DNA of 64,000 nt from assembly GCA_942493145.1 (NCBI GenBank), contig OW818679.1:1623552-1687551 (forward strand), written 5' to 3'. Positions 7,405 to 16,790 of the stretch are shown one piece after another; the stretch's first letter is position 1; every line of letters begins with the position of its first letter. Source of the stretch: an uncultured Bacillota bacterium (lineage in GTDB: Bacteria; Bacillota; Clostridia; Acetivibrionales; DTU013). The translations under genes and the position numbers were made by a program. The notes under the pieces are model-generated. The model was not told where the DNA came from. It did not search any database and worked only from the letters and a program-made list of their open reading frames with translations.

Positions 7405-10059
7405 TTATACCAGACCGAGCTCTCTGGCTTTTGCTATTGCTTCTGTTCTTCTCTTAGCTTCCAGCTTGGCAAAAATATTCTGGTTATATCCTTTAATTGT
7501 GCTTAAAGCGAGAAAAAGCTGGTTTGAGATTTCCTGATTTGATAGGCCTTCAACTATAAGACTAAGAACATCAAGCTCCCTTATTGTCAGTGGTTCGATG
7601 AGTTTTTGGTTAGCCGCTTCCTTCTTGGGAAGCGGTACATCATCCTTAACAAACTTTAACCTTGTGTCCTGCGAAAGATGATCAATAAAAGGTCTATAGT
7701 AGTTCTCAAGCTTTGCCAATGCAATAGCTTCATCAAGAAGTGACTGATGAGCTATATGCTGTCCCATAGCTTCCTGCACTTTGCTTGCAAGGACCAGATA
7801 ATTAATGCAATTACCAGTCCTTTTTTGTGTTTTTGCATTTTCTATAAGGCTGTTGCATATGCTTTCAACCCTTTTTAGAATATCAGTATCTGCTTTTCGA
7901 TTAAGAATCTGCTCAACATAGAATCCTGCTGAGAACTCATGGAGATATGGGATACTTTTGGTTTCAAAAGAATTTAACAATAAGTATGAATCTGTATTAA
8001 ACACACCAATTCCTCTTCTAAACTGGATATAAATCTCCATATCATCAAGTGAGAGATAATCCGGAATTGGATTCATAAAGTACTCGTTCTTACTTTCAGC
8101 TATACTTTCAAGTGCCATATCATAGAGTCCTTGGCTCATATAGAGCTTTGCAAAGAGTAAATAATACTTATATTTCCAGTCCATAAGTGCATATTTTTGC
8201 CCATATTCCTTGCTCTTTTTAAGAAGTTCATATACTTCCTGGTTATTTCCTTCAAGATAAGAGATATTGGCTAACCCTAAGTATAAACTAGCCAGGAGAA
8301 TTGGAACTCTGCCAGCTGTATCAACCCGCTTTATTGTTTTTTCAAAGATTGATTTGCCATCCTTCAAACGGCCCATTTGAATACATAATTCGCCGAGGAC
8401 CATGTAGAAGCTGTTAATAGTCAAATCATTTACCTCTTTATTAATATTATGTAGAGCATCGATAATAATTTTCTCTGCAGCTAAAAGATCTCCTGATGAC
8501 CAATGAGCGATGCCTAAAAGCATTGCAATTACAGCCCTTTTGAAGTGTTGATTCTGAGGTGTTTTATTTAAAGCATCTTCGGTATGTATAAATATACCTT
8601 CTATGTCTTCATTAGCAGCCGCAACGTAAGCATTAGCTGCTGCAATTGTCGCTGGGAGAAGTTCATACTGTTTCAAGTCAGCAACAGGAAATTCTACAGG
8701 GTTGTCATGATGCAACTCATACAGTCTTAAAGCCATTTCAAGCCATTTTTTACTTCCTTGAATATCACCAGTATCAATAAGTGCCCAACCATAGCCCATC
8801 GCAAGAACCGGCCTTTTTTCGATTATGCTTTCAGGCAGCTGCTTTGACATTGCCAGCCATGAACTTGCTTGCAACTGAACATCCATCTCTGCCCACCTGC
8901 ATTCGATTAAATCAGCAGCCTGATAATTTGACTGCCCTGCCAGGTAATGATGAATAGCTTCAATAAACATACCTTCTGAATTAAACCAATCCCCAGCTCT
9001 ACAATGCAATTCTTCCACGGTCATGCCACCGATGCTTTGAATATAACCTGGTAATCGTTGCCTGAGCAAATCTCTGAACAAGTGATGGTAGCGATACCAC
9101 TTTCTTTCCTGATCAAGAGGTATAATAAACATATTACTTTGTTTCAAGTGTTCTATCATCTTCATACTGAATCCATTAGCTTCAGACAGGAGTGAATCAC
9201 AGAGATTGAAGGAGAAATAGTCAAGCACAGAGGTTCTTAGCAAAAATCTCTGTGCTTCTTCGTGCTGCTTTTCTAAAACTTCTTCTATCAAGTAGTCCAT
9301 AATATAGTTGTGACTCCCAGAAAATTCTTCAATAAAGCTGTTTATATCATCCAGCCCTTGCATGGACAACGCAGCAAGCTGAAGACCTGCGACCCAACCT
9401 TCTGTTCGATTTGCTAAAAGTACTGCGTGTTCTTCATCTATGATTCGCTGAAGCTGATTGGCCAGAAAAATCTTCACTTCTTCGTTTGTAAATCTAAGGT
9501 CAGCAATGCGAATCTCCAAGAGTTTCTTGCTCAAACGATACTTAGAGAGAGGAAAAGCAGGATCCTCTCGTGTAATCATTACTAATTTCATTTTTGGTGG
9601 CATATGCTCAATTAGTTTCTTAATGAAAGTATCAATCTGTTCGTTTTCTATGACGTGGTAATCGTCAAAGACTAGTACAAACTCCTTGTCAAGCTGATGA
9701 AGCTTCGTTATCAGTGAACGTATAAATGAGATGTACCCAATTGATTGAATGGATTCCAACAGTTGGAGCAAGTCGTCTCCAAAAGCTTTATCCAGACCTT
9801 TGATTCCTTCTATCAAATAGACAAAAAATAGTTGTAAATCATTATCCCATTCATCAAGGGAATACCAAATATGCCTATAATTCCAATGCTCGATCCAGGC
9901 ACTGATGATTGTTGTTTTCCCGGAACCAGCAAAAGCGGAAACCAGGACTATCTCAGACCACGGATTGTCACGAAGCTTCTTCTCGATGTCTTTTCTGGTT
10001 ATAGATAAGGTAGATAATCCAGGCCTATTCAGCTTAGAATGCAATATTTGAAATTTCAT
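7405..10059 (-). CDS. MalT-like STAND ATPase / TPR / LuxR-family transcriptional regulator
   Basis: 884 aa. Walker A is SAFAGSGKTT and Walker B is VLVFDDYH. A long helical-repeat middle region is followed by a C-terminal LuxR HTH (LTIRELDVLSLIVEGLSNQEISNQLFLALSTIKGYNQNIFAKL). Confidence 0.85.
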   Translation of the reverse strand: MKFQILHSKLNRPGLSTLSITRKDIEKKLRDNPWSEIVLVSAFAGSGKTTIISAWIEHWNYRHIWYSLDEWDNDLQLFFVYLIEGIKGLDKAFGDDLLQLLESIQSIGYISFIRSLITKLHQLDKEFVLVFDDYHVIENEQIDTFIKKLIEHMPPKMKLVMITREDPAFPLSKYRLSKKLLEIRIADLRFTNEEVKIFLANQLQRIIDEEHAVLLANRTEGWVAGLQLAALSMQGLDDINSFIEEFSGSHNYIMDYLIEEVLEKQHEEAQRFLLRTSVLDYFSFNLCDSLLSEANGFSMKMIEHLKQSNMFIIPLDQERKWYRYHHLFRDLLRQRLPGYIQSIGGMTVEELHCRAGDWFNSEGMFIEAIHHYLAGQSNYQAADLIECRWAEMDVQLQASSWLAMSKQLPESIIEKRPVLAMGYGWALIDTGDIQGSKKWLEMALRLYELHHDNPVEFPVADLKQYELLPATIAAANAYVAAANEDIEGIFIHTEDALNKTPQNQHFKRAVIAMLLGIAHWSSGDLLAAEKIIIDALHNINKEVNDLTINSFYMVLGELCIQMGRLKDGKSIFEKTIKRVDTAGRVPILLASLYLGLANISYLEGNNQEVYELLKKSKEYGQKYALMDWKYKYYLLFAKLYMSQGLYDMALESIAESKNEYFMNPIPDYLSLDDMEIYIQFRRGIGVFNTDSYLLLNSFETKSIPYLHEFSAGFYVEQILNRKADTDILKRVESICNSLIENAKTQKRTGNCINYLVLASKVQEAMGQHIAHQSLLDEAIALAKLENYYRPFIDHLSQDTRLKFVKDDVPLPKKEAANQKLIEPLTIRELDVLSLIVEGLSNQEISNQLFLALSTIKGYNQNIFAKLEAKRRTEAIAKARELGLV

Positions 10060-10449
10060 GTCCTTTCACTCCATCCAATTTTTTGCATTACATCCCAACA
10101 ATACAAGGAAAATAGTCTTCTAAAGTCAGTATCCCCGGCTAGCTTCTGAGCCAACAAAAATAATCATATACACTCTTATCAAACCTCGTGTAATAGTTAA
10201 TTATAGGTTATAAAGGGAATTTTATCAATGAAATATTTCTTAACAGCACGCAAAAATATTTTTGCCGCGCAGTTTGAGCAACAGTTAGCATATAAGGATC
10301 AAGAAATAGAGTTTCTAAAAAGAATTGTATCTTTAGGCCGGGAGGATTAGGTTTTTTCACACTGCAAACTTTTTGTATTTATGCAGCGTCTATATTGTGT
10401 AAACATATTGGCAGTTCATACACGGACAGAGAGGTGGGACTGAATACAA

Positions 10450-10965
10450 ATGGGCAGAGGCAATTTGGCAACTGTTTTTGAAGACTATGTTATTAAGCAC
10501 AAAGAGAATCACTACCGGCTTGCTTTTAGTTATGTAAAAAATGCTGATGATGCTTTGGACATTGTCCAGGAATCCATATATAAAGCTATTACAACGCTGA
10601 ATACGCTAAAAAGTCCGGAATATTTAAATACCTGGTTTAAAAGAATTCTGGTGAATACTGCATTGGATTTACTTCGAAAGCAAAAGAAGCTTATTGTGGT
10701 AGAAGATGAAACCTTATCCGGTTTTGATTCAGGTACAACAGATAATTATGAGGATGTAGATTTACATAAAGCGATGGACGATTTACCGGTTCAATACCGA
10801 AGCATAATTGTGTTAAGGTACTTTGAGGATCTGAAGATTGAAGAGATTGCAGATATTTTACATGAAAACGTAAATTCGATAAAAACACGTTTATATAAAT
10901 CACTTAAAATGTTACGGATTCAAATGGATAACGATAGGGTAAGGAGGGCGGCCTATAATGGATGA
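10450..10965 (+). CDS. sigV: ECF-type sigma-70 family RNA polymerase sigma factor (SigV-like)
   Basis: 171 aa with region 2 (DALDIVQESIYKA) and region 4 (LRYFEDLKIEEIADILHENVNSIKTRLYKSLKML). It overlaps the downstream anti-sigma gene by 8 nt. Confidence 0.75.
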   Translation: MGRGNLATVFEDYVIKHKENHYRLAFSYVKNADDALDIVQESIYKAITTLNTLKSPEYLNTWFKRILVNTALDLLRKQKKLIVVEDETLSGFDSGTTDNYEDVDLHKAMDDLPVQYRSIIVLRYFEDLKIEEIADILHENVNSIKTRLYKSLKMLRIQMDNDRVRRAAYNG

Positions 10966-11866
10966 TAAATTATTGAAATTGAAAGATGAATATATGAACA
11001 TACCTATTCCTGCAGAGTTGGACTTTATTGTCAGAAAGGCTTTGAAAGATGGCAGAGAAAACAATCTGAAAGACTTTAAAAGAAATCATGGATTAAAAAG
11101 GTTAAGAATCGCAGCCGCATCAGTGGCAGCCGCATTTATCATACTTACGGCAGGGGTCAACAGCAGCCCGGCGTTTGCGGCAGCGTTGTCGGAAGTACCC
11201 ATAATCGGCAGTCTTGTAAAGGTGCTCACTTTTAGAGAATACACGGTAGATGAAGATAAATACAATATGAATATCAAAGTACCTGCTATTGGTGGTTTGG
11301 AAAACAAAGAATTGGAAAGCAGTTTAAATGAAAAATACCTGGAAGAAAACAAAAAGCTGTATGAGGAATTCATGGCGGATATGGAGGATTTGAAAAAAAA
11401 TGGCGGAGGTAATCTGGGGATGGACAGTGGATACATTGTTGCAACCGATACCGACAGAATACTCTCTATCGGGCGCTATGTCGTAAACACGGTGGGGTCT
11501 TCGTCAACAGTATTCAAATACGACACTGTAGACAAGGTCAATGAAATTCTGATTACGTTGCCGAGTTTATATAAAGACGAGCGGTACATTGACATTATCA
11601 GCGAAAATATCAAGAAGCAGATGATTGAACAGAATAAAGCCGATAAGAGTAAGTTTTATTGGGTTTCCGGCATTGAGCAGAATACGACCATAACGTTATT
11701 TGAAAAAATTTCGAAGGAACAAAGCTTCTATATCAATGCAGAGGGCAAACTGGTCATATCCTTTGATAAATACGAAGTTGCTCCAGGGTATATGGGCATT
11801 GTGCAATTTGTAATACCAACAGATGTCATATCAGATATTTTAGATAGCAACGAATATATAAAATAG
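10958..11866 (+). CDS. rsiV: Anti-sigma factor, RsiV-like (single TM helix with an extracellular domain interpreted as DUF4163/DUF3298-type)
   Basis: The N-terminus KDEYMNIPIPAELDFIVRKAL resembles B. subtilis RsiV. A TM helix (AAASVAAAFIILTAGV) follows. The gene is translationally coupled to the ECF sigma gene. Confidence 0.65.
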   Translation: MDDKLLKLKDEYMNIPIPAELDFIVRKALKDGRENNLKDFKRNHGLKRLRIAAASVAAAFIILTAGVNSSPAFAAALSEVPIIGSLVKVLTFREYTVDEDKYNMNIKVPAIGGLENKELESSLNEKYLEENKKLYEEFMADMEDLKKNGGGNLGMDSGYIVATDTDRILSIGRYVVNTVGSSSTVFKYDTVDKVNEILITLPSLYKDERYIDIISENIKKQMIEQNKADKSKFYWVSGIEQNTTITLFEKISKEQSFYINAEGKLVISFDKYEVAPGYMGIVQFVIPTDVISDILDSNEYIK

Positions 11867-11895
11867 GCTGAACCGATGAAAGATAGGAGGAATGA

Positions 11896-12075
11896 TATTT
11901 TGAAAATAAAGATAATACTAAGAATAATGAAGCAATTGGCTATGAAATAATTAGAGAAATTGCGGAGAATGAGGATAACAATTCGAAGATCTTTTATCCG
12001 CAAATTTCCGGATATAAAGGCCAGCTGTTAATGGATTACATGAATCAAAGCCTGGAAAAAATTGTTGGCGTATAG
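11896..12075 (+). pseudogene. Decayed fragment resembling the start of a DUF4163-type (RsiV-ectodomain-like) protein
   Basis: A start-less frame encodes ...GYEIIREIAENEDNNSKIFYPQISGYKGQLLMDYMNQSLEKIVGV*. A short out-of-frame ATG ORF with an RBS lies just upstream, which suggests a frameshift or truncation. Confidence 0.3.
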
Positions 12076-12219
12076 GATTTTAGGCCCGAGGGTGAATATA
12101 AAAGGATTCCTGGAATCTGTAACACCTGACACATATGCTCTTGAATTGCCGTATTTACTACAATATACTATATTAGAACAGAAGTTACAATTGTAACGGC
12201 AAAGTATATGGAGGACACA

Positions 12220-12336
12220 ATGAAGGTGCTATATCTTACTTCTACAGGGAACAGCTTATATGTAGCAAAGAGAATCGGTGCGCGGTATATCAATCAACAT
12301 ATTACGCTGAAGGACATCATCAATTCAAATAAATAA
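12220..12336 (+). pseudogene. Truncated flavodoxin-like gene (first ~20 residues recognisable, 38 aa total)
   Basis: RBS ggagga precedes the ATG. MKVLYLTSTGNSLYVAKRIG is the canonical flavodoxin-fold N-terminus, but the frame stops after 38 codons. Confidence 0.4.
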
Positions 12337-12416
12337 GATCATAGTCTGCAGCTTCTGAGTATAAAGTCTTCAAGAGATGAACGTACTTAATGATAGACAT
12401 TTATTAAAGGGAGAGG

Positions 12417-12950
12417 ATGAGAATGCCAAAAGCACGAAAAATGCTAAGTGACTGGGACGCACCGTATATTCAGTCGCTTGTGAAATTAATTGAAACACAG
12501 AGCAAGGCAACTCTTGCGATTTGGTCAGTTGATTATGCCGAGCGAGTTATATTGCCGCTGTGGAGCAAGTACTATCCGGATGACCTGCGTCCGCGAAATG
12601 CACTGAATGCCGCTCGCGAGTGGTTATCGGGAGCGATAAAACTGCCGCGAGCAAAAACGGCAATCCTTGTGTGCCATGCGGCCGCCCGTGAAGCCGATGC
12701 GAACCCTGTTGCGCAAGCCGCCGCCAGGGCGAGCGGTCAATCTGCGTCGACTATTCACTCGGCAAGGCACTGTATTGGACTTGCGCTTTATGGAGCGATA
12801 GCGGTTGCGTATAACACTCTCGGAACGAACGCGACCTGGGAGCAGTTGGAGCAATGTGCCGCCGACGAGTGCCAACGTATGCTTGACGCGCTGCGTTCCG
12901 TTGCCGTGGAGAACGAACCAAACCCGGCGAAAATTGACTGGAAATGCTGA
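12417..12950 (+). CDS. Imm-5-like putative immunity protein (all-alpha), orphan
   Basis: The pattern WSVDYAERVLPLW...DLRPRNALNAAREWLSG...CHAAAREA..PVAQAAARASGQSASTIH matches the family as I recall it. GC is high (39/60 hand-counted at 12661..12720). Confidence 0.55.
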   Translation: MRMPKARKMLSDWDAPYIQSLVKLIETQSKATLAIWSVDYAERVILPLWSKYYPDDLRPRNALNAAREWLSGAIKLPRAKTAILVCHAAAREADANPVAQAAARASGQSASTIHSARHCIGLALYGAIAVAYNTLGTNATWEQLEQCAADECQRMLDALRSVAVENEPNPAKIDWKC

Positions 12951-13254
12951 CTATGACTCGCCAAAATTAAAGCACTCCGTATATCGTCGTTATTGATAAC
13001 AAAGGCATTGGAAGGATAGCTGGAGCAGGCCTGTATGGTGTGGTGACCAACTTGCTACTAAATCCATTGTTTTAATAATTTTTTACATATATAATAAATT
13101 GTAAAAAGCTTTAGCTTCAGATATATTCAGTGAGTATTGTTTGCAGGAGCAACCACGAGAATGATTACAAACAAGCTTGGAATGTCGCTGTCCACAATAC
13201 CATTTTATTTTGGGAGTTTTCGAGATCATTAAATTAAGCTATGAGAGGTACTCA

Positions 13255-15858
13255 ATGAATAATAAAGATCAGACCTTTTTCAAAAGTACAGGCTACTCAG
13301 CATTTTCCAACGGCTCACATGTGGCTGCGGTCGATGTGAAGGATGGAAAAATAATAAGGATACGTCCCTTTCGCTACGATTGGAAGTACGATCATGAGCA
13401 TATCAGACCATGGAAGATCGAGGCGCGAGGTAAGACCTTTCATGCCCCAATGAAGACTGCAGTAGGGCCTTTCGGTCTCGGGTATAAGAAGAGTATCTAT
13501 TCACCCAATCGCATATTGTATCCAATAAAGCGGGTAGACTGGGATCCCAAAGGAGAAAGAAATCCCCAGAACAGAGGCAAGAGCGGATACGCTCGTATCT
13601 CATGGGATGAAGCCCTCGATATTATAGAAAGTGAAATCAGACGGGTCATAGACAAGTATGGCCCCACTGCAATCTTAGCACAGGTAGACGGACACGGCGA
13701 GACCAAGATCGTTCATGGTCCGCATGGATGTCATTGGAAGCTGCTGAATCTTCTGGGCGGAGCTACCTTATCGGTTCGCAATGCGGACAGCTGGGAAGGG
13801 TGGTACTGGGGCGCCAAGCATTTCTGGGGGGGGGAACCTTTCGGGTGCATGCCCGAACCCTCCAATCTGTACCTGGACGTGTGCAGGCACAGCGAAATGC
13901 TTCTCTTTGAAGGTTGCGATCCTTGTACAACAACACGAGGGTTCAACAGCGGCGATCATGTCAGCCGTTTCTGCTTCTTCTTCAGAGAGCTCGGTATCAA
14001 ACAAATATACATATGCCCGGATGTGAACTATGGGGCGGCTGTTTTTGCGGATAAATGGATCCCTATTCTGCCGAACACCGATGCGGCTCTGCATCTGGCA
14101 ATTGCATATCAGTGGATCGTAAATGACACCTGGGATAAGGGCTACATTGCTACGCATTCTGTGGGATTTGAAAAGTTTGCCGACTATGTCATGGGCAAGG
14201 AAGACGGCATCCCCAAGACACCCCGGTGGGCTTCGGAGAAGTGCGGCGTTCCCTCGCGGTTGATCAAGGCACTCGCCAGGGAGTGGGCCGTCAAACGTAC
14301 GACGGTAGTTCACGGTTTCGGTGGTCCGTATATCAGGGGGCCTTTTTCTCATGAACCGGCCAGGACTGAGGCAGCCCTCCTGGCCATGCAGGGACTCGGC
14401 AAACCGGGTCAGCATTCGTTCTCCCTCATCAACCGGGCGGTCTTCGGTTCAGAGGATCATCCGGCTTATCCGCCTACGCCGGGCAGCATCATGAATAACC
14501 CGCAGATGAACGTCCGCGCGGCTTATCAGGGATACAACCCTTTCCCCTGGCTAGGACTGCCGAAACAGATGATCCCTAAGACGTTGGTACACGACGCTAT
14601 CCTGAACGGGCATTTCGAGATTCATGGGTCTTCGTTGCAGGTAACCCCGGCCTCGGAGCAGTTTATCAAGTACAAGTACCCAGCCGAAGGATGCTCTCCC
14701 ATCCACATGATCTGGTCTGACACACCGAGCTTGATGTCCTGCTGGAACGATTCCAACAAGATAGCCAAAGCATTTCAGCACGAGTCGATCGAGTTCTTCA
14801 TGATGCAACATCCCTGGATGGAGAACGACTGCATGTTTGCCGATCTCATTCTGCCGGTGAACACCAAGTTCGAAGAAGATGACATCTGCGACGACAACGA
14901 GAGTGCGGCTTTTGAGATGGTGTATCTTGAGAAGAAATGCATCGAGCCGCTCGGCGAATCGCTGAGTGACTATGAGATCGTGTGCAAGGTTGCCGAGAGA
15001 TTCGGTCTGTTGAAGGAATATACGGACGGCAGGTCGGTTGAGGAATGGATCAAGCATGGATTTGACAATTGCGGTGTTCCAGCGAAGGGACTCCTGACAT
15101 GGGAAGAGTTCAAGGAGAAGGAGTACTGGGTGGCTCCGGTCGATCCAAAGTGGGAGACCTATCCGGCCGGTATGTACAGGTTCTATGAGGATCCGGCGAA
15201 CAACCCGCTTTCCACTCCTTCCGGTCTTCTTGAATTTGAGTCTTTGGACTTAAAGAAATTTTTCCCTGAAGATAAAGAGAGACCGCCCGTACCGCATTGG
15301 GTGGAGAAAAGTGAGCTCCACGACGAGCGCATCGGCGGTGAAAGAGCTAAGGAGTATCCGCTGCTGGTCATCAGCAATCATCCGCGCCACAGGATGCACT
15401 CTCAACTTGACGACAACAACTGGTTTCACGAGATCGTTACCTGCAAGGTACGAGGATCAGACGGTTATCTTTATGAGCCTTTGTGGCTGCATCCGTCGGA
15501 AGCGGCCAGGAGGAATATCGTTGACGGCGACATCTGCAAGATATACAACGAGAGGGGCGGAGTCCTGGTAGGTGCCAGGGTCTGGGAAAGAATCATGCCT
15601 GGAGTCGCTTATGTGGAGCATGGGTCGAGGGCGGATTTCATCGTTCCGGGAGAACTGGACCGGGGCGGAGCAATCAACCTCATTACACCTCACAATACCA
15701 CCTCCAGGAATTGCGCGGGCATGGCGTGCAGCGGCTTCCTTGTTGAGGTCGAGAGGGCCGATATGGATGAACTGCGGCGCCAATACCCGGAGGCGTTTAA
15801 CAGACCTTACGACAAGGCTTCCGGGCTGACATTCGACCGGGTGATCATTAAGGGATAG
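13255..15858 (+). CDS. Molybdopterin oxidoreductase, pyrogallol-phloroglucinol transhydroxylase large-subunit-like
   Basis: 867 aa from the ATG at 13255 (RBS gagagg 6 nt upstream; the track start 13177 adds an unlikely leader). VDVKDGKIIRIRP, WKIEARGKTF, ISWDEALD and DSWEGWYWG resemble the P. acidigallici enzyme. There is no RR Tat motif and no N-terminal Cys cluster. Confidence 0.7.
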   Translation: MNNKDQTFFKSTGYSAFSNGSHVAAVDVKDGKIIRIRPFRYDWKYDHEHIRPWKIEARGKTFHAPMKTAVGPFGLGYKKSIYSPNRILYPIKRVDWDPKGERNPQNRGKSGYARISWDEALDIIESEIRRVIDKYGPTAILAQVDGHGETKIVHGPHGCHWKLLNLLGGATLSVRNADSWEGWYWGAKHFWGGEPFGCMPEPSNLYLDVCRHSEMLLFEGCDPCTTTRGFNSGDHVSRFCFFFRELGIKQIYICPDVNYGAAVFADKWIPILPNTDAALHLAIAYQWIVNDTWDKGYIATHSVGFEKFADYVMGKEDGIPKTPRWASEKCGVPSRLIKALAREWAVKRTTVVHGFGGPYIRGPFSHEPARTEAALLAMQGLGKPGQHSFSLINRAVFGSEDHPAYPPTPGSIMNNPQMNVRAAYQGYNPFPWLGLPKQMIPKTLVHDAILNGHFEIHGSSLQVTPASEQFIKYKYPAEGCSPIHMIWSDTPSLMSCWNDSNKIAKAFQHESIEFFMMQHPWMENDCMFADLILPVNTKFEEDDICDDNESAAFEMVYLEKKCIEPLGESLSDYEIVCKVAERFGLLKEYTDGRSVEEWIKHGFDNCGVPAKGLLTWEEFKEKEYWVAPVDPKWETYPAGMYRFYEDPANNPLSTPSGLLEFESLDLKKFFPEDKERPPVPHWVEKSELHDERIGGERAKEYPLLVISNHPRHRMHSQLDDNNWFHEIVTCKVRGSDGYLYEPLWLHPSEAARRNIVDGDICKIYNERGGVLVGARVWERIMPGVAYVEHGSRADFIVPGELDRGGAINLITPHNTTSRNCAGMACSGFLVEVERADMDELRRQYPEAFNRPYDKASGLTFDRVIIKG

Positions 15859-15868
15859 GAGCGAGAAT

Positions 15869-16699
15869 ATGGGGAAAGTAATGGTAATAGATATAAATAA
15901 GTGCAACGGGTGCTACAATTGCCAGTTATCATGCAAAGATGAGCATGTCGGCAATGATTGGTCCCCGATTGCCAAACCACAGCCGGACATCGGACACTTC
16001 TGGCACAAAATTACAGAGCATGTGCAGGGCAGTGTGCCCAAAGTTCGGGTGCGGTACATGCATGACCTTTGTCAGCATTGTGACACAGCCCCCTGCATTC
16101 CTGCGTGCAAATCGCAGGCCTTCTACAGGCGCGATGACGGACTAGTGATTCTTGATCCGGAGAAATGCAGAGGGACCCGTTCCTGCATAGAGGCTTGTCC
16201 GTATGGATCTATATATTTCAACACCGATTTGAATATTGCGCAGAAGTGCACCGGCTGTGCCCATTTGCTGGATAACGGCTGGGCAGAGCCGCGCTGTGTG
16301 CAGGCCTGCCCGACGGATGCCCTGATATTCGGAGAGGAGTCTGAGCTCCAGGATTTTATCGCCAAGGCTGAATTGCTGAATCCAGATTTGAAAACTGGAT
16401 CTCGTGTGTATTATATCGGTCTTCCAAACAAGTACTTCATTGCAGGTGAGGTGTATGACCCCGATGCTGACGAATGTCTCGAGGGAGCAACTGTCACGCT
16501 CGCAGATGCGAGTGGCAATATAATAGCTTCTCTGAAAACCGATGTGTACGGTGACTTCTGGTTCGAGCGCCAGGAGCCAGGGCAGTATTTACTAAAGATA
16601 GAGAATGACGGCTATTTTTCAAAGTCGATTGATAAGATTGATGCGATCAAAGACATCAACGTGGGGAGTATCGAGCTACACCAAGTATCAACGAAATGA
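15869..16699 (+). CDS. 4Fe-4S ferredoxin-type beta subunit with C-terminal carboxypeptidase-regulatory-like beta-sandwich (transhydroxylase small-subunit-like)
   Basis: Cys motifs are CNGCYNCQLSC, CQHCDTAPCIPAC, CRGTRSCIEACP and CTGCAHL...CVQACP. The C-terminal GEVYDPDADECLEGATVTLADASGN...YGDFWFE is Ig-like. The start lies 10 nt after the alpha stop. Confidence 0.7.
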   Translation: MGKVMVIDINKCNGCYNCQLSCKDEHVGNDWSPIAKPQPDIGHFWHKITEHVQGSVPKVRVRYMHDLCQHCDTAPCIPACKSQAFYRRDDGLVILDPEKCRGTRSCIEACPYGSIYFNTDLNIAQKCTGCAHLLDNGWAEPRCVQACPTDALIFGEESELQDFIAKAELLNPDLKTGSRVYYIGLPNKYFIAGEVYDPDADECLEGATVTLADASGNIIASLKTDVYGDFWFERQEPGQYLLKIENDGYFSKSIDKIDAIKDINVGSIELHQVSTK

Positions 16700-16716
16700 G
16701 GTATAAGAAGTGCTGT

Positions 16717-16740
16717 GGACACCCGATATATCGGGTGTCC
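16717..16740. terminator. Perfect 24-nt palindromic hairpin between convergent genes
   Basis: ggacacccgatatatcgggtgtcc lies between the beta subunit stop (16699) and the PucR stop (16791). There is no clear T tract. Confidence 0.4.
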
Positions 16741-16790
16741 GCTTGACTGGCAATCAAGAGGTAAAGGGTTCGATCACCTTCATCTTTTCG

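Noticed and set aside
7405-10059. STAND NTPase considered as an Avs/antiphage-type defence protein
   Set aside because: The C-terminus is a canonical LuxR DNA-binding HTH and the architecture is that of MalT-type regulators. There is no nuclease, protease or TIR effector domain.
13177-13254. Upstream TTG start for the molybdoenzyme alpha subunit (MECRCPQYHF...)
   Set aside because: The 26-codon extension has no RBS and is not Tat-like. The ATG at 13255 has gagagg 6 nt upstream, and it gives an N-terminus that aligns with the transhydroxylase family.
13403-15906. Many long antisense or alternative-frame ORFs inside the molybdoenzyme gene (for example 13768..14415 -, 14551..15057 -, 15457..15906 -)
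   Set aside because: These are typical stop-codon-poor shadow frames of a GC-rich gene. Their translations are Arg/Pro/Gly-rich with no motifs.
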